A stretch of 56,006 bases of DNA from a virus. Its lineage: Duplodnaviria > Caudoviricetes. The stretch covers positions 1 to 56,006 of IMG/VR virus record IMGVR_UViG_3300032248_000182; one strand, written 5' to 3'. A program made the position numbers and the translations under genes. Positions 1 through 8,546 of the stretch are shown piece by piece (positions within the stretch are counted from its first letter, which is position 1; every line of letters begins with the position of its first letter). The notes under the pieces were generated by a model, which was given only the letters and a program-made list of their open reading frames with translations, searched no databases and was not told the DNA's origin.

Positions 1-671
1 GACATTTCCATAGTAAGGTAAAGAACGTTCTTACCTAACGTTAGATGATGAGCAGCACAGTGCGTCATGAACATCGTTTTACCTACGCCAGTAGAAGCTA
101 AGATAATGTTCAAGGTTTTCTTTGATAGACCACCTTTGGTAATCTTGTTAAAGAAGTCCAGGTCGAACTGAAGCTTTTCTTCTCTGGTGTGATAGTAATC
201 ATATCGGATAGAAGAGTCGTCAATGAAGTCATGACCGATGTTACTGTCAAACGAGACTGCTAGCGCTTCGGTAAGTATCTGAGGGATACTACCTTTGTCA
301 CGTTTGGCGTCTTTCTTATCAATAATTTTAATTGAGTCCAAGATAGCGTTATAGACAGCTTTTTCCTGGCAAAACTTTTCAGTCTCTTCAATCAACCAGT
401 CAATACCTGTTGCAGGCTCCGGTTGTAATGAATCCAGGATAACGTTCGAACTCTTGAACTCTTCTTCAGTAAGGTTATTGAGGTTAGTTAGTTCTGCCAA
501 CAGGGTTTGTTTAGTCGGGACTCTATGAAACTTCTTGATATGGTTATCCATCAACTCAAACAGAATCTTGTTGACTCTGCTTGAGAAGTATTCATTCTTC
601 AAAAAAGGAATAACCTTGCGGCTATACTCCGCATTAAACAACAAATGTGAGAAGATGATTTCTTCAATCAT
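1..671 (-). CDS. 41: Replicative DnaB-like helicase (T4 gp41), N-terminal part, runs off the window edge
   Basis: Not in the ORF track. Manual translation from ATG at 671 gives MIEEIIFSHLL...ETEKFCQEKAVYNAI...ALAVSFDSNIGHDF...LNIILASTGVGKT (Walker A)...YLTMEMS. It overlaps the uvsX stop. Confidence 0.95.
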   Translation of the reverse strand, partial: MIEEIIFSHLLFNAEYSRKVIPFLKNEYFSSRVNKILFELMDNHIKKFHRVPTKQTLLAELTNLNNLTEEEFKSSNVILDSLQPEPATGIDWLIEETEKFCQEKAVYNAILDSIKIIDKKDAKRDKGSIPQILTEALAVSFDSNIGHDFIDDSSIRYDYYHTREEKLQFDLDFFNKITKGGLSKKTLNIILASTGVGKTMFMTHCAAHHLTLGKNVLYLTMEM

Positions 672-1722
672 TACTGTACGCCTCTGATAGTTCTTCGTCG
701 TTGATAATAGAAGCTGAAGTGATCATGTATTTCTTTTCAATGAATTCACGGAAGGTCTTAGACTTGAGGATAGGCATCCAGAAGTCTTTATTGTCAGTGT
801 CAGCAAGACGATAGTTCTTTTCGTTGACTTCACCGGAGTCTAGGTCTACTCGCTGATACCAACCGTTCTTGGGTTTAACCACATGACCTGATTCAAGAGC
901 AACCTCCATCAAACCAGACCAAGTGCTAATACCACCTTCAAAAGATACCGTGATAGGAATGCGAGACTTCTCTCTTACAAATCGAGACTTCTCTACATTG
1001 ATCACAAAGCTGTAACCAGTGAGGTCGCTGCCTTCTTTCTCTTGCTGACGACCGATGATAAAGATGTTGTCAGCTGAGTAGTAAGGACCAGTGCCGCCAC
1101 TCACAATCGCCTTTGGATACAGAGTCTGTTCCATGTAGGTGTGATTCACTACTATAAGTGGAATGTCTTTAATAGTCAAGTGTGGCGTAATGATACGGAA
1201 TATCGACTTGATTTGTTTAGCGCGAGTCATATCGCCTACGCTCTTACCGTCTAGAGCATCTTCGGCTTCTTTCTTTGAAGCAAGGTTACCGATTGAGTCA
1301 ATAACAATAATGACTCGGTCTCCACGCTCTAGCGCATTAATCTGACTTGTGATGTCAAACTTCAGCTGTTCCATATCCGTGATTGGGGTATGAACCACAC
1401 GAGAAGTGTCAATACCGAACGTATTAAAGTAAGCCTGTGGTGCACCGAACTCTGAGTCGTAAAACAATACGGCAGCATCTTTGTACTTGTCAAGATATGC
1501 CTTGACCATGATCAACGAGAACGCTGTCTTGAAATGCTTGCTTGGTCCTGCGAACATCGTCATACCTGGAATCAGTCCGCCGTCAAGGCGACCAGATAGT
1601 GCTACGTTCAACATAGGAACCATGGTGGAAATCATATCTTTCTTCTCAAAAAACTTCGACTCAGCAAGGATGTCTGTTTCTTTGATAGTGGAAGTCTTTT
1701 TCAATTTATCTAGAATGCTCAT
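664..1722 (-). CDS. uvsX: RecA-like recombinase UvsX
   Basis: GPSKHFKT Walker A, YDSEFG, IDSIGNLASKKE; lies between gp43 and gp41. Confidence 0.97.
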   Translation of the reverse strand: MSILDKLKKTSTIKETDILAESKFFEKKDMISTMVPMLNVALSGRLDGGLIPGMTMFAGPSKHFKTAFSLIMVKAYLDKYKDAAVLFYDSEFGAPQAYFNTFGIDTSRVVHTPITDMEQLKFDITSQINALERGDRVIIVIDSIGNLASKKEAEDALDGKSVGDMTRAKQIKSIFRIITPHLTIKDIPLIVVNHTYMEQTLYPKAIVSGGTGPYYSADNIFIIGRQQEKEGSDLTGYSFVINVEKSRFVREKSRIPITVSFEGGISTWSGLMEVALESGHVVKPKNGWYQRVDLDSGEVNEKNYRLADTDNKDFWMPILKSKTFREFIEKKYMITSASIINDEELSEAYSND

Positions 1723-1750
1723 AGTAACTCCTTTGCAAAAATTTATTATA

Positions 1751-2170
1751 CTACTTTCCGCCGTAGAAAACTAGCCCTGCACCAATGGCTGATATTATGC
1801 CACCAATGATGTGCCACTTGTTCAATTGAACTGAAGAAAATAGAAACGAAAATAAAATAACAAAAAACGGTGTTGTAAGACCAATGTACGACAATTTAAT
1901 TGCTGATGCGTAAGAAAGGTTTTTCATCTTGACGAGTTCCGCTAAAAGAAAACAAGCTGACGATCCTATGAGGTAGGGTATAACATCAACAGGAGGTATT
2001 GTCATCTTCTGGTCTGTAAAGCACAATAAGACGAGTAACAAAGTTGAAGATGTTATCAACCCCAAGAACGCTGCGAATATCCAAGAAGACCCTACTATAA
2101 AAGTATACAGAACGAATCCCAATGCGTTCAACATTGGAAGCGCTAACATAAACACTATTTCAAATCTCAT
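1751..2170 (-). CDS. Small multi-pass membrane protein, EamA/DMT-like
   Basis: 4-5 hydrophobic helices; C-terminal TTPFFVILFSFLF...IIGGIISAIGAGLV resembles the end of a DMT/EamA repeat. Confidence 0.6.
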   Translation of the reverse strand: MRFEIVFMLALPMLNALGFVLYTFIVGSSWIFAAFLGLITSSTLLLVLLCFTDQKMTIPPVDVIPYLIGSSACFLLAELVKMKNLSYASAIKLSYIGLTTPFFVILFSFLFSSVQLNKWHIIGGIISAIGAGLVFYGGK

Positions 2171-4672
2171 TTAGGTAAACCATTCTTCTAGTGTGGAAAT
2201 CTTTTCTGGCTGCCAGTTGATAACGTTTAGGATAATCTTAAGAGGGTCTAGGAATGCTTTGTCAAACTGTAAATCGTAGTCTACATGAGCATTCAACCCG
2301 AACTCTTTTGGTAAGACGCTGGGGACTGATATGATGTTCTCCTTTAACGGGTTGGGTAACTTCAAATAACAATACTTGATCTTTTCTCCTTCTTGAACTC
2401 TAGGATACTTTGTGGAGACGCCATGCTTTTCAAGTAGCATGTTATATAGTAATGCACCTCGCACTTGTATCGGCGTACCTTTTTTGTAGACCTCAAACCT
2501 ATCGCTATACTCTGATAGCCCTCGGCATCCTCTAGGGAATGCGATATCTTCGAAAGGCATTTGTCTAAACTCTTCACGGAACCGCTGGATAAAGCTTTGT
2601 AGAGTCTTTTCGTCGGTCTCCATAATCAACTTGATGGCTTCTTTAATTTTAGCTCGGCAGGATGAAGGTGTTGAACTCTTGACTGCTTCAATACCCATCA
2701 TCTTGAGCTTAGGTTCTTTGTAGCGCACTCCCTCGTTGTCATACACGTTCAGCATGTATCGCTTCTTGGCTGTCCAGATACCTTTGTTCGCGATACTCTC
2801 GCGCTTCATCTTAAGGAAGTTTGTATACGCATTAGTATGCTCAGCCAAGTCATCAAAGCATTTGTCAATCAGTGGCTCGAGTTTGTCGTTACAGATTTTA
2901 TCTACAGCTGTCGTGATAGTATCGACGTCTTTACCATCGAAAAACTTCTTAACCACAGCATCAAGCACAAGATAATTTGAGTCTGTATCAATCGCAATTA
3001 TATAATCTTTATTATCTGTTTTCAACAACTTGTTTAGATACTGATTGATGTTGATAGCAACCCAACGAATAACGAACTGACCTGTCAAGGTAATGGCTTC
3101 GGCGAACTCTAGCTGAAACCAACGCGAGTACTGATTACCTAACGTACCGTATAAACTGTTCAGCTGAATCTTACGAGCCATCTGCATATTATTGTTGCGA
3201 GCAATCTCGTTACTCAACTCTTTGCTAGGATTCTTTTCGTACTTCTTCTTCGCCTCAATCATTCGGTTCTTGTACATCTTGCGTTCAGTCATCATCTTCT
3301 CAACCAGCTCAGGGAACGCACCTTTCTTGCTCTTGTCCCAGATACAACTGTTAGCAGTGATGGCATAGTTCTTTTCTTTAATAAAGTCTTGAATCTCGTC
3401 ATCATCAAGCCCACCAGCAAGAAGCTGATCAACAGTAAAGTTGCGCCCAATCTTTCCTGAGTAGCATTCAGGCGAGATGTTGTACTGAACAATCAACGAC
3501 GGATACAGCGAGTTAATGTCGAATGATACAACCCAATTATGTAAACCAACCAACGGGTCTTTAACAAACGCACCAGCAAACTGCGCAGACTTATCATGAC
3601 GAACAAACTGAGGGATAACTGTCTTCTTTGACAACAGATAGTTATGAATGATAACGTCCCAGAGGCGTACAGAAGTAAATACGTCCTCAATGTTCGTCTT
3701 GGCGTCGTACGCAATCGTCAGTGCTTGATCAATGAACTTCAGCTTCTCATCAAGCTTGTCAACAAGCAACACGTCTTTGATGTTATACTCAATGAACTTC
3801 TGAAAGTCTTCTTTGTACAGCGTGAACAGGTTATCAAACTCAGAGTAATCAACCTTGCGTTCATCAATCTCAATAGAGCAAATGTAGTCTAGCCGATAGC
3901 TTTCCTGTTGAGCATAGGTGTACTTCTTGTACAGTTCAAGGTAGTCTAGGCTTGTAATCCCAACCAACGTATAGGTTTGTTGTTTACGATTGTTAACTTC
4001 AACTTCCTGGTCGTACAAGAATCCCCAAGGCGAAAGTTTCTTGGCGAAAGCTTCTCCGTGCACCTTGGTGATACGGTTTACTAGATACGGGATGTCAAAG
4101 AACTCTACGTTCCATCCTGTGATGATATCAACGTCTAACGCACGCCAAGCATCAAGAAACTTGAGCAACAGCTGCTCCTCATTCTTACACTTAACGTAAT
4201 GAATGTTCTCGTCGTCTGTAACAAAGTCTCCGCAGCCGAGCACCACGATTGTGTCACGCAGCTTCATAGTGATAGCTGTCACACGTTTGTCTGCTTGACG
4301 TACGTCGGGGAATCCTGAATCAGACTCTACCTCAATGTCAATGTTGACAATGTTGATTAGGTCTTTGTCGTATACAATTTCTTGCGGGTACTCGTCGTTG
4401 AGAAAGCAATAAAGGAAACGGTCGAACCCATAGATGTCCATCCCGTTGATGCCTTTGTATTGATTTAGAAACTCTTTGGCTTCGTAAATGTCACCGAAGG
4501 TAATCTTATCTACAGGCTTACCGCTCAGAGTGCGATATTCTGAATCTTTCTTTTTTGAATTAATAAAAAGGTAAGGCGAGTAATCTATCTTGCGATTGAA
4601 ACGTTTGCCGTTCTCAACCCCTCGCAGATAAATAGTCCTGCCTCGCTGAAATGCGTGTGTATAGAAATCCAT
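2171..4672 (-). CDS. 43: Family B DNA polymerase (T4 gp43), uninterrupted
   Basis: Exonuclease DIEV and YNIKD; polymerase SFDINSLYPS, KIQLNSLYG, IDTDS, KKRY. Confidence 0.98.
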   Translation of the reverse strand: MDFYTHAFQRGRTIYLRGVENGKRFNRKIDYSPYLFINSKKKDSEYRTLSGKPVDKITFGDIYEAKEFLNQYKGINGMDIYGFDRFLYCFLNDEYPQEIVYDKDLINIVNIDIEVESDSGFPDVRQADKRVTAITMKLRDTIVVLGCGDFVTDDENIHYVKCKNEEQLLLKFLDAWRALDVDIITGWNVEFFDIPYLVNRITKVHGEAFAKKLSPWGFLYDQEVEVNNRKQQTYTLVGITSLDYLELYKKYTYAQQESYRLDYICSIEIDERKVDYSEFDNLFTLYKEDFQKFIEYNIKDVLLVDKLDEKLKFIDQALTIAYDAKTNIEDVFTSVRLWDVIIHNYLLSKKTVIPQFVRHDKSAQFAGAFVKDPLVGLHNWVVSFDINSLYPSLIVQYNISPECYSGKIGRNFTVDQLLAGGLDDDEIQDFIKEKNYAITANSCIWDKSKKGAFPELVEKMMTERKMYKNRMIEAKKKYEKNPSKELSNEIARNNNMQMARKIQLNSLYGTLGNQYSRWFQLEFAEAITLTGQFVIRWVAININQYLNKLLKTDNKDYIIAIDTDSNYLVLDAVVKKFFDGKDVDTITTAVDKICNDKLEPLIDKCFDDLAEHTNAYTNFLKMKRESIANKGIWTAKKRYMLNVYDNEGVRYKEPKLKMMGIEAVKSSTPSSCRAKIKEAIKLIMETDEKTLQSFIQRFREEFRQMPFEDIAFPRGCRGLSEYSDRFEVYKKGTPIQVRGALLYNMLLEKHGVSTKYPRVQEGEKIKYCYLKLPNPLKENIISVPSVLPKEFGLNAHVDYDLQFDKAFLDPLKIILNVINWQPEKISTLEEWFT

Positions 4673-4702
4673 ATGACCTCATTCATGTGCCACAAACGTT
4701 GT

Positions 4703-4731
4703 ATTATACTACAACTCATTAAAAAAGTCAA
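4703..4731 (-). promoter_or_regulatory. Sigma70-consensus (early) promoter for gp43
   Basis: Minus strand reads TTGACT-17 nt-TATAAT, about 30 nt upstream of the gp43 ATG. Confidence 0.8.
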
Positions 4732-5466
4732 TCAGTAAAGACTAAGTTGTTGGTCTTGTCTCTTTTGAACGTAGTTGGTTAGTGCATCGATGAGTTTACG
4801 GTTTCTTAATTCTTTATAAATCAAGTTCTCGTTAGAAAACTCACCAGCACGGTGTATGCCGGCAGAACGCATGGCATGGAGTTTTTCTTTTAGTTTATTG
4901 ATCTCGGCGACGTGGTCTCCTGGCTCAGATAAAATCTTCTCAATCATATCGGCGTAAGATTGTATTTTACTTGTAAGCGCAGTATCTTTTTCAAAGGCAG
5001 GATGGTTCTCTACGTTGGGCTTGTAAAGCCACTTACCCTTCTTAAGAGAATAGACACCTTGATGCGAAGCAACTTCTTGCTTATAGTCCTGAGCATATAG
5101 TTCTACAGGATATCCCATGACGGTTAGTCCTTGATGCTTTAAGCTCCACAGAACCTTCTTGTCATATAAATAATCTGAAAGGAATTCTTTATCAACTGGT
5201 ATTGAATCCATATTGACAAGAAGATGAACGTCTAAGTCCGAGTATGGTGTGTAGTTGTAATTCGCATTACCGCCTGTTAAGACGATATCACGAACAGAAC
5301 TCTCTGGTATATTAGCAAATTTAGCCCAAAGCTTTGCGATATATAACAATCGCTCTCTAACCTTGGGTTTCAATTTATCATTTTCCCAGATAAGAGGGTT
5401 AAGTTCGTCATGATATTCCAGCGTTAGATGGATATCTTCTTTAAGATAAGTTTTAAAGTTTAACAT
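4732..5466 (-). CDS. Pol-beta-superfamily nucleotidyltransferase, uncharacterised phage family
   Basis: IVLTGGNANYNYTPYSDLDVHL fits hG[GS]x9-13DhD; third acidic residue in PVELY. Confidence 0.8.
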   Translation of the reverse strand: MLNFKTYLKEDIHLTLEYHDELNPLIWENDKLKPKVRERLLYIAKLWAKFANIPESSVRDIVLTGGNANYNYTPYSDLDVHLLVNMDSIPVDKEFLSDYLYDKKVLWSLKHQGLTVMGYPVELYAQDYKQEVASHQGVYSLKKGKWLYKPNVENHPAFEKDTALTSKIQSYADMIEKILSEPGDHVAEINKLKEKLHAMRSAGIHRAGEFSNENLIYKELRNRKLIDALTNYVQKRQDQQLSLY

Positions 5467-5484
5467 ACTATTCCCCCTTTCGAT

Positions 5485-5492
5485 TATTTATA
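5485..5492 (-). promoter_or_regulatory. T4-type late promoter TATAAATA (nucleotidyltransferase)
   Basis: Exact TATAAATA about 20 nt upstream of the ATG at 5466. Confidence 0.7.
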
Positions 5493-5501
5493 GGAGCCTT
5501 T

Positions 5502-6125
5502 ATGAATCAAAATCTAGCACGTCTTCAAGAAAAGTTTGGTGTCGCCGCTGACGGTCTCTGGGGACCAGGAACAATGAAAGCAGCTGTTGCTTACTACAAG
5601 ATGCAACCACTTCGTGGCGCTCATTTCTTCGCTCAGTGTGCTCATGAATCCGGTAACTTTGGTTCTTTCGTTGAGAATCTAAACTATGGTGCTTCTGCAC
5701 TAACTGCTACATGGCCAAAGAGATTCACTACTGATATTGCTGAACAGTATGCCAAACAGCCCGAGAAGATTGCTAACAAGGTATATGGCGGTCGTCTAGG
5801 TAATGGCGACGAAGCTACAGGCGATGGTTGGAAGTTCCGTGGTCGCGGCGCTATTCAGCTAACAGGGCATGACAACTATAAGGCATTCGCCGACTATATG
5901 AAGAAGCCTGAGATTCTAGAAACTCCAGATCTTGTCGCTACCGAGTATGCGATTGACTCTGCTCTTTTCTTCTTTGAAAGAAATCACCTATGGGCAATCT
6001 GCGACGAAGGCATCAGTGATGAAGTTATTACCAAGCTAACCAAAAAGATTAATGGTGGAACCCTCGGTCTTAAGGAACGTATTGAGAAGACTCATCAGTA
6101 TGCTAAAGCTTTGGGTCTAGTATAA
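5502..6125 (+). CDS. GH19 endolysin with a short N-terminal peptidoglycan-binding motif
   Basis: LQ..GVAADGLWGPGT (PG-binding), AHFFAQCAHES, ENLNY, FRGRGAIQLTG..NY, TKKINGG..GL.ER; SD AGGAG. Confidence 0.92.
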   Translation: MNQNLARLQEKFGVAADGLWGPGTMKAAVAYYKMQPLRGAHFFAQCAHESGNFGSFVENLNYGASALTATWPKRFTTDIAEQYAKQPEKIANKVYGGRLGNGDEATGDGWKFRGRGAIQLTGHDNYKAFADYMKKPEILETPDLVATEYAIDSALFFFERNHLWAICDEGISDEVITKLTKKINGGTLGLKERIEKTHQYAKALGLV

Positions 6126-6129
6126 CCAA

Positions 6130-6159
6130 GAAAAAGGGGAGCTTGGCTCCCCTTTTTTT
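6130..6159. terminator. Bidirectional intrinsic terminator
   Basis: AAAAAGGGGAGC-TTG-GCTCCCCTTTTTTT between convergent genes. Confidence 0.9.
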
Positions 6160-6161
6160 AT

Positions 6162-6275
6162 CTAACCAAATGCAACTGGTTGCGATATGTTAACGTCTTT
6201 GGAGACAATTGTTCCGAACACTATAGGGACAGAACATAATAGTAGCGCCAAAAACAGTTCTCTTACCTTACTCAT
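6162..6275 (-). CDS. Putative 37-aa single-TM peptide
   Basis: Manual translation MSKVRELFLALLLCSVPIVFGTIVSKDVNISQPVAFG; ATGA overlap with the hsp20 stop; ends just before the terminator. Confidence 0.5.
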   Translation of the reverse strand: MSKVRELFLALLLCSVPIVFGTIVSKDVNISQPVAFG

Positions 6276-6775
6276 TTTGAGTCCTCCGTTAGAAAAGATT
6301 TAACTGATGACTCGCCGTCTTTGATTTCTATCTTCTTCGGTTTCTTATGTTCTGGGACGATAGCTTCGAGCCAGATCTTTAGCATGCCGTTGATAAGATC
6401 TGCGTTCTTGACTTCAATGGTATCCGCAATACTGAATTGGCGAGTAAACGCTCTATCAGAGATGCCCTTGAACAGATAAGTTTGATCTACGCCATCCTTA
6501 ACGAGGTCATCAAGAGTTTCATACTTGCCTTTTACGACAAGCTTGTTGTCTTCAAGTGTAATCTCAATGTCTTGCTTGCCGAAGCCTGCAACTGCCATTT
6601 CAATCACATACTTGTTCTCATCAATCTTCTTGATGTTATAAGGAGGGTAATTGGTGAGGGTCTTTGTAGTAATTTCCGCCATGTCAGACAACTGCCTGAA
6701 AATACGGTCAGAACCAACAAAGTGTTTATCGAAGAATTGGACGTTTTGTCCAAACACGTCTTTTAGTAGCGTCAT
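6272..6775 (-). CDS. hsp20: Small heat-shock protein (Hsp20/IbpA-like)
   Basis: NYPPYNI, IEMAVAGF, KGISDRAFTRQF, ADLINGMLKI, PEHKKPKKIEI. Confidence 0.96.
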   Translation of the reverse strand: MTLLKDVFGQNVQFFDKHFVGSDRIFRQLSDMAEITTKTLTNYPPYNIKKIDENKYVIEMAVAGFGKQDIEITLEDNKLVVKGKYETLDDLVKDGVDQTYLFKGISDRAFTRQFSIADTIEVKNADLINGMLKIWLEAIVPEHKKPKKIEIKDGESSVKSFLTEDSK

Positions 6776-6839
6776 AGAATGTCTCCTTTTTAAGCGAGTT
6801 AATAATCACCACCCCGAAGGCATGGCTACAACTATTTAG
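6776..6839 (-). promoter_or_regulatory. Structured hsp20 leader: CTAAATA late-like promoter, UUCG hairpin, ROSE-like anti-SD hairpin
   Basis: Minus strand CTAAATA...GCCATGCC-TTCG-GGGTGGT...CTCGCTT-AAA-AAGGAG-ACATTCT-ATG. Confidence 0.6.
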
Positions 6840-7017
6840 GTACGTTGCCTACCTTTTTCCACGTGGAACCTAAAAAAATTTTCGTACGAATTCTTTTGAA
6901 CCAACTAACTTCTCTAGGTAATTTAACAACCATCAAACCATCCCCAACAACATCCCAAATCCAGATGGTGGGGTCTGGCTTTTTTATCGCACCCCAATTA
7001 GGGTCCCATTCATTCAT
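6832..7017 (-). CDS. Hypothetical protein (61 aa)
   Basis: ATGA overlap with the upstream methyltransferase stop; fills the intergenic gap. Confidence 0.6.
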   Translation of the reverse strand: MNEWDPNWGAIKKPDPTIWIWDVVGDGLMVVKLPREVSWFKRIRTKIFLGSTWKKVGNVPK

Positions 7018-7673
7018 AGTACTTTGTAAACGTCGTCAGACCTGTTTGGATCATAGGGGATTACAAACTTATCCACCTGTTCGTATGGAGCCAATTCTTT
7101 TAAAAAGTTTAGAATTTCATCTGTGCCGTTCTCTACAGAGATAACTGGATGATATTGTTTAATCGTATTACTAGCACCCTTGAGCGTATTCAATTCATAC
7201 CCTTCAACATCGAGTTGAATGAAGTCGCACGCTTCTAAGGTAAGGTCGTCAATCATCATTGTAGGAATAGAATAGTCACCTTCATCCGAGATAAAATTTT
7301 CTCCTACATTGTAAGGAGATTTTCTCAGTAGTTTTACCATACGGTGGTTGTCACCAACAGCCGCATGATACTTGTAAATGTCAGCTGATTGACAGTTATT
7401 TACTAGGCAATAAAAACTGAGAGGATCTGGTTCAAACGTATATACACGCTTGAATGTTTCAGCAAGAAGCCTTGGATACATTCCACAGGCTCCGCCAGCT
7501 TGCACACATACATCATATTTCTTAACATGCTTACCCCACATAGTTTTAAGGTGTGGCCATTCTGCTTTGATGATACCCCAAAGTCCTTGGTCAGTAGCAG
7601 TCCAAACCCAAGGAGTTAATCCGTCAACCTCTTCATCAACAATGCGTATTTTATTCTTCGCGTATTCCATCAT
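7014..7673 (-). CDS. FkbM-family SAM-dependent methyltransferase (copy 1)
   Basis: VQAGGACG, VYTFEPDP, FIQLDVEGYELNTLKGA..TI..YHPVISVE. Confidence 0.88.
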   Translation of the reverse strand: MMEYAKNKIRIVDEEVDGLTPWVWTATDQGLWGIIKAEWPHLKTMWGKHVKKYDVCVQAGGACGMYPRLLAETFKRVYTFEPDPLSFYCLVNNCQSADIYKYHAAVGDNHRMVKLLRKSPYNVGENFISDEGDYSIPTMMIDDLTLEACDFIQLDVEGYELNTLKGASNTIKQYHPVISVENGTDEILNFLKELAPYEQVDKFVIPYDPNRSDDVYKVL

Positions 7674-7686
7674 AATAAATTTTCCT

Positions 7687-8082
7687 TTATCGTTTGCCGA
7701 TATTATACTTCGCTACTAATTCCCATTCTGACTTTTCTTTGAATGCCAATACTTTGATTTGGCTAAGAGGAGTTACAGGCTCTTTGGTTTGTTCTGGGTC
7801 GGCAATAGTAATCAATCCCCACTCAACAAGCAGATTGATTATTGTGTTTCTACGACCGATGTCAGATTCAGAAAAGTCAGTAGGCTTGCCGTCAAGTGCA
7901 AATAATTCTTTGAAATGGACAATATAATACTTCTTCTGTTTGTGTAGAATATGACACGACTGGTATAGTATCTTGTCTTTACGAGAAGCAATACCGATAC
8001 GAGTTAGTGTTTCTTTTACTTTTAAGAAATCGTCCGGTTCTTGTAATATTACCTCTACAAGCGAGTCTACTGATATTTTCAT
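7687..8082 (-). CDS. regA: Translational repressor RegA
   Basis: DDFLKVKETLTRIGIASRK..LYQSCHILHKQ..YYIVHFKELFALDG. Confidence 0.98.
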   Translation of the reverse strand: MKISVDSLVEVILQEPDDFLKVKETLTRIGIASRKDKILYQSCHILHKQKKYYIVHFKELFALDGKPTDFSESDIGRRNTIINLLVEWGLITIADPEQTKEPVTPLSQIKVLAFKEKSEWELVAKYNIGKR

Positions 8083-8546
8083 TTTTTCAATCCACCTTTA
8101 TTTGTTATTCTTTTTAGTGCAGCAATTTGTTCGGTGGATAACAACGATAGAGCGATTTCTGCCTTTTTGCTCGAGTAACCGTAGACTTCTTTTACAATAT
8201 CAATGTCACCACTTTCTTCTTTCTTGACCCATTTTGAATACCTGTTCTTAGGTCTAATGATATTTATAAGAAAGTCATATTGTAGTTTTTTATCTACAGA
8301 GTGAATGCCGTTAACAATGTTAGCAAAGTGTATGGTATCGGCAAAATAAGACAGAGACTTATTTACAATCCACGGATTGTATTCCTTTTCAGTTACGTCA
8401 GGGTTGTCTGAATCGTTTATGAGGTTGGTCTTTGATTTGTTGATTGAATTTACAAAATCGAACGGTGAATACTGCGCTTTGATCTTAAAGGACTCTTCTT
8501 TGACCTCCTCAACGCCGCCGGTATGCATTACGTCTAAGATATTCAT
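8079..8546 (-). CDS. 62: Clamp loader small subunit (gp62)
   Basis: YNPWIVNKSLSYF.DT, LQYDFL, RYSKW, YGYSSKKA; lies between gp44 and regA. Confidence 0.93.
   Translation of the reverse strand: MNILDVMHTGGVEEVKEESFKIKAQYSPFDFVNSINKSKTNLINDSDNPDVTEKEYNPWIVNKSLSYFADTIHFANIVNGIHSVDKKLQYDFLINIIRPKNRYSKWVKKEESGDIDIVKEVYGYSSKKAEIALSLLSTEQIAALKRITNKGGLKK

Noticed and set aside
4673-4700. T4-like autogenous operator hairpin upstream of gp43
   Set aside because: Only a 3-bp stem (TGT-GGC-ACA) is visible, too weak to call.
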